This document shows, one piece after another, positions 31,460 through 34,175 of a DNA stretch of 34,175 nt (position 1 is the stretch's first letter; each line of letters begins with the position of its first letter). Source of the DNA: Campylobacterota bacterium. GTDB taxonomy: Bacteria; Campylobacterota; Campylobacteria; Campylobacterales; Sulfurimonadaceae. The notes under the pieces are model-generated. The model searched no databases. It saw only the letters and a program-made list of their open reading frames with translations, and had not been told where the DNA came from. The DNA lies in the NCBI GenBank assembly GCA_034661055.1, contig JAYEKO010000069.1, forward strand, positions 1-34,175. Reading direction: 5' to 3'. A program made the position numbers and the translations under genes.

Positions 31460-32207
31460 TTTCGTAACATCTTCTCATGCCTCAGTAGAGGCATTAAAAA
31501 CAGCAAACTTGCTTAAAAGTTTGTCTGTTAATGCACTTGTTAGTGGTGAAAAAGGTGTTGGTAAGAAGAAGCTAGCACAATACATACTCCCAAATGCTCC
31601 TATTTTTTGTGCGATGGATTTTGATGAACTTATTGCTGAGATTCAGAGTAGTTCTGAAATTATTATTACGCATATAGAAAACTCTCCCAATCTAAAAACT
31701 ATTGCAGATGAAATAGAGAAGTACGATACTAGAGTCATTGCTACATGCAGTAAAAACTATCACTCAGAAGTGATAGAAGAGCTTTTTGGAATTACCATTG
31801 AACTTCCCCCATTACGAGAGAGAGATGAGGATATTAAGGCATTAATAGAGTATTTTACAAGTGAAGCAGAAAGTATTTTTACAAAGCAAGAAAATTTTAA
31901 ATTTGATATAAATGATATCGACTTAACTCAAAATGCGACATCATTGAGGCGACAGCTCTTTTCACACTATCTTTTAGATGATGTTAATGATTATGACCTT
32001 ATGGCATTAATTGAAAAGTACTTATACAAAAGATTAGGTGCAAACAATGACTATAGGGATTATCTGCATCTTTATGAGGTACCACTAATTCGTGCAGGGC
32101 TTAAGAAATTTAGATCACAACTTAAGCTGGCAGAAGTTTTGGGATTAAATAGAAATACGCTTCGTAAGAAAATACAAGAGAACAGTGACTATAAATTAGA
32201 GGATTAA
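31446..32207 (+). CDS. Degenerate sigma54-activator-like AAA domain plus Fis-type HTH regulator
   Basis: GEKGVGK Walker A, LPPLRERDEDI, C-terminal QLKLAEVLGLNRNTLRKKI; probable GTG start overlapping the slyD end. Confidence 0.8.
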   Translation: MDATSFVTSSHASVEALKTANLLKSLSVNALVSGEKGVGKKKLAQYILPNAPIFCAMDFDELIAEIQSSSEIIITHIENSPNLKTIADEIEKYDTRVIATCSKNYHSEVIEELFGITIELPPLRERDEDIKALIEYFTSEAESIFTKQENFKFDINDIDLTQNATSLRRQLFSHYLLDDVNDYDLMALIEKYLYKRLGANNDYRDYLHLYEVPLIRAGLKKFRSQLKLAEVLGLNRNTLRKKIQENSDYKLED

Positions 32208-32215
32208 GGAAAAAT

Positions 32216-33151
32216 ATGAGTAAAAAAATTGCAATGATATTCCCTGGACAAGGGTCTCAAACAATTGGTATGGGAAAATCTTTTTATGAGAATAGTGAAA
32301 TGGCTCGTGAGATGTTTGATGAAGCTGGTAAACGCATAGGTGTTGATTTTAAAGAACTTCTATTTCAAGATAATGAGAAGATTAACGAGACGGCATATAC
32401 CCAACCGGCTATTTTACTAGTTTCAATGGTAGCTTACAGACTTTTTCAAGAGCAATGCAGTGTTGATGCAGAGCTATTTTTAGGTCACTCTTTGGGCGAA
32501 TTTAGTGCGGTATGTGCTTCAGGCGCTCTAAATTATATTGATGCAGTAGAGTTGGTCCATAAACGTGGCTCTTTAATGCAAGATGCATGTGATGGAATTG
32601 ATGCAGGTATGATGGCGCTAGTTGGTCTTGATGATGAAACAGTAGAAAACTTGTGTCAAGAGGCTCAAGATGCTGGCAAGAAAGTGTGGGCGGCAAATTA
32701 TAATCAAGATGGTCAACTGGTTGTTGCAGGACTTAAAAGTGATTTAAGTGCGATGGAACAGACGTTTAAAGATGCAGGAGCCAAGCGTGCTATTTTGCTT
32801 AACATGTCAGTCTCAAGTCACTGTGATCTTTTAAGTAGTGCTCAGCTACCACTTAAAGTTGAATTAGAGAAGATGCTAAGCGACAGCTTTTCTGCACCTA
32901 TCATCTCTAATGTTACCGCAGCTCCTTACCAATGTAAAGCAGAGGCTTTAGAATTATTGGTAGATCAACTTGTAAAACCGGTGCGTTATAAGCAGTCAAT
33001 TGCTGCAGTAGCACCGCAGTTAGACCTTGCTATTGAATTTGGCAATGGAGTTTTGCTTAAAGGTCTTAATCGAAGAATTGCCAAAGAGCTTAAAACAGTT
33101 AACGTCTCAGACATGGAGAGTTTAGTTAAGGTTGTTGAAGAGCTTTCATGA
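32216..33151 (+). CDS. fabD: Malonyl-CoA:ACP transacylase
   Basis: FPGQGSQ..GMG, TQPAI, GHSLGE, AANYN, SH, PVRY. Confidence 0.97.
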   Translation: MSKKIAMIFPGQGSQTIGMGKSFYENSEMAREMFDEAGKRIGVDFKELLFQDNEKINETAYTQPAILLVSMVAYRLFQEQCSVDAELFLGHSLGEFSAVCASGALNYIDAVELVHKRGSLMQDACDGIDAGMMALVGLDDETVENLCQEAQDAGKKVWAANYNQDGQLVVAGLKSDLSAMEQTFKDAGAKRAILLNMSVSSHCDLLSSAQLPLKVELEKMLSDSFSAPIISNVTAAPYQCKAEALELLVDQLVKPVRYKQSIAAVAPQLDLAIEFGNGVLLKGLNRRIAKELKTVNVSDMESLVKVVEELS

Positions 33152-33903
33152 GAGTCTCTTTAGCCCAAACTTCACCACAACTAAATCGTAGTAATTTAGA
33201 GCGTGCAACTGCAACAGTAAAGCAGAGTGATGCGGATGTTGTTGTATTTTCTGAACTGGCACTTAATGGTTATATGCTCCAAGATAAAGTCTTTGAAGAT
33301 GCATTTAGCATAGAGGAGTTGTCATCACTTAATATTGCAAGTCTAGATAGAGATATTGTTGTTGGTGCCGCAATAAAAGTTGATGGAAGAACCTATAATA
33401 GTGCCCTATATTTTAGCAAGGGTGAGCTGCTACATATACATCACAAAGTGCATCTTCCAAATTATGGAATGTTTGAAGAAGCCCGCTACTTTTTTAGGGG
33501 TAATGATGTAAAGTGTTTTGATACACAGTACGGAAAGTGTGCTATGTTAGTCTGTGAAGATTTATGGAGTGCTTCAGTTATTGCTAAACTTGCAGAATTA
33601 AAACCAGATATTGTCTATGTGCTTGCCGCATCACCGTCGCGTGATTTTAGTGAAGCTGGACTTTTGATTGAGACACAGTGGAATTCATTATTGAGTTCTA
33701 CTGCGTTACTCTGTAGCTCTTATGTTGTTTTTGTCAATCGTGTTGGATTTGAAGATGGTCTAGGATTTTGGGGAGGTTCACGTGTAATTACTCCAAAAGG
33801 CGAAGTAGAGTATCGATTAGAAAATTTTAAAGATGATGTTTTAAGTGCTGACTTAAACCATCGCCTCCATAATGTACAAAAATGGATAGCAAAAAAAGAT
33901 TAA
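33148..33903 (+). CDS. Carbon-nitrogen hydrolase (nitrilase superfamily), similar to the NAD synthetase glutaminase domain
   Basis: Glu-Lys-Cys triad: FSELAL, HHKVHLPNYGMFEEARYF, VCEDLW; VNRVG, FWGGS. Confidence 0.88.
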   Translation: MRVSLAQTSPQLNRSNLERATATVKQSDADVVVFSELALNGYMLQDKVFEDAFSIEELSSLNIASLDRDIVVGAAIKVDGRTYNSALYFSKGELLHIHHKVHLPNYGMFEEARYFFRGNDVKCFDTQYGKCAMLVCEDLWSASVIAKLAELKPDIVYVLAASPSRDFSEAGLLIETQWNSLLSSTALLCSSYVVFVNRVGFEDGLGFWGGSRVITPKGEVEYRLENFKDDVLSADLNHRLHNVQKWIAKKD

Positions 33904-33914
33904 ATTGAGTGGAT

Positions 33915-34109
33915 TTACCACTCCATCACACTAATAGTCTTAGCCAAAGCAAACGTCCCACCAAAACCGACAGCTACACCATAAAAAGCTAAACGCCAAG
34001 CTTCGTATTTTACTTTGATATTGTCATTATCTAAGTCTTGGATAACTTTTCTTAAATCTGCCTTTAACTTCTCAACTTCCAAAATCTCTTTTTCATCTAC
34101 TAGTGTCAT
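33915..34109 (-). CDS. Small coiled-coil protein with C-terminal TM segment
   Basis: 64 aa ORF; charged helical N-half, hydrophobic C-terminus; TGCTATAAT at 34137-34145 on the minus strand. Confidence 0.55.
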   Translation of the reverse strand: MTLVDEKEILEVEKLKADLRKVIQDLDNDNIKVKYEAWRLAFYGVAVGFGGTFALAKTISVMEW

Positions 34110-34175
34110 TATTCAATACTCAAAAAGTTTTTTACTATTATAGCAAAAAAGAGGGATAACTTATAGTAATTTTTA

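Overview
Low-GC (roughly 35% by eye) bacterial chromosomal window from a flagellated Campylobacterota (epsilonproteobacterium, Sulfurimonas/Sulfurovum-like; taxonomy inferred from gene order and protein style). It is mostly conserved housekeeping synteny: argG-rplI-hslV-hslU-era on the minus strand, a sigma28-driven flaG-fliS locus, and rplU-rpmA-obgE-proB-fmt-birA-parAB-atpF'FHAGDC-exbB/tolQ-exbD/tolR-tolA-tolB-pal-cpoB-slyD-fabD on the plus strand. Accessory genes include a ferredoxin:thioredoxin-reductase/rhodanese fusion, a MutS7-type (MutS+HNH) protein, a RelE/ParE toxin-antitoxin pair, a CopD-like membrane protein, a degenerate enhancer-binding/Fis regulator and a stand-alone nitrilase. 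Two signals are not explained by the gene track. (1) The palindrome TACATGTA (consensus YTACATGTAR) occurs at least 14 times against about 1 expected, and is written into proteins mostly as Leu-His-Val, like a HIP1/uptake-sequence type motif. (2) A small MITE/REP-like palindromic element (GGCACCTCTAAAAAC...) has one full and two partial copies. No rRNA, tRNA, CRISPR array or transposase was seen.
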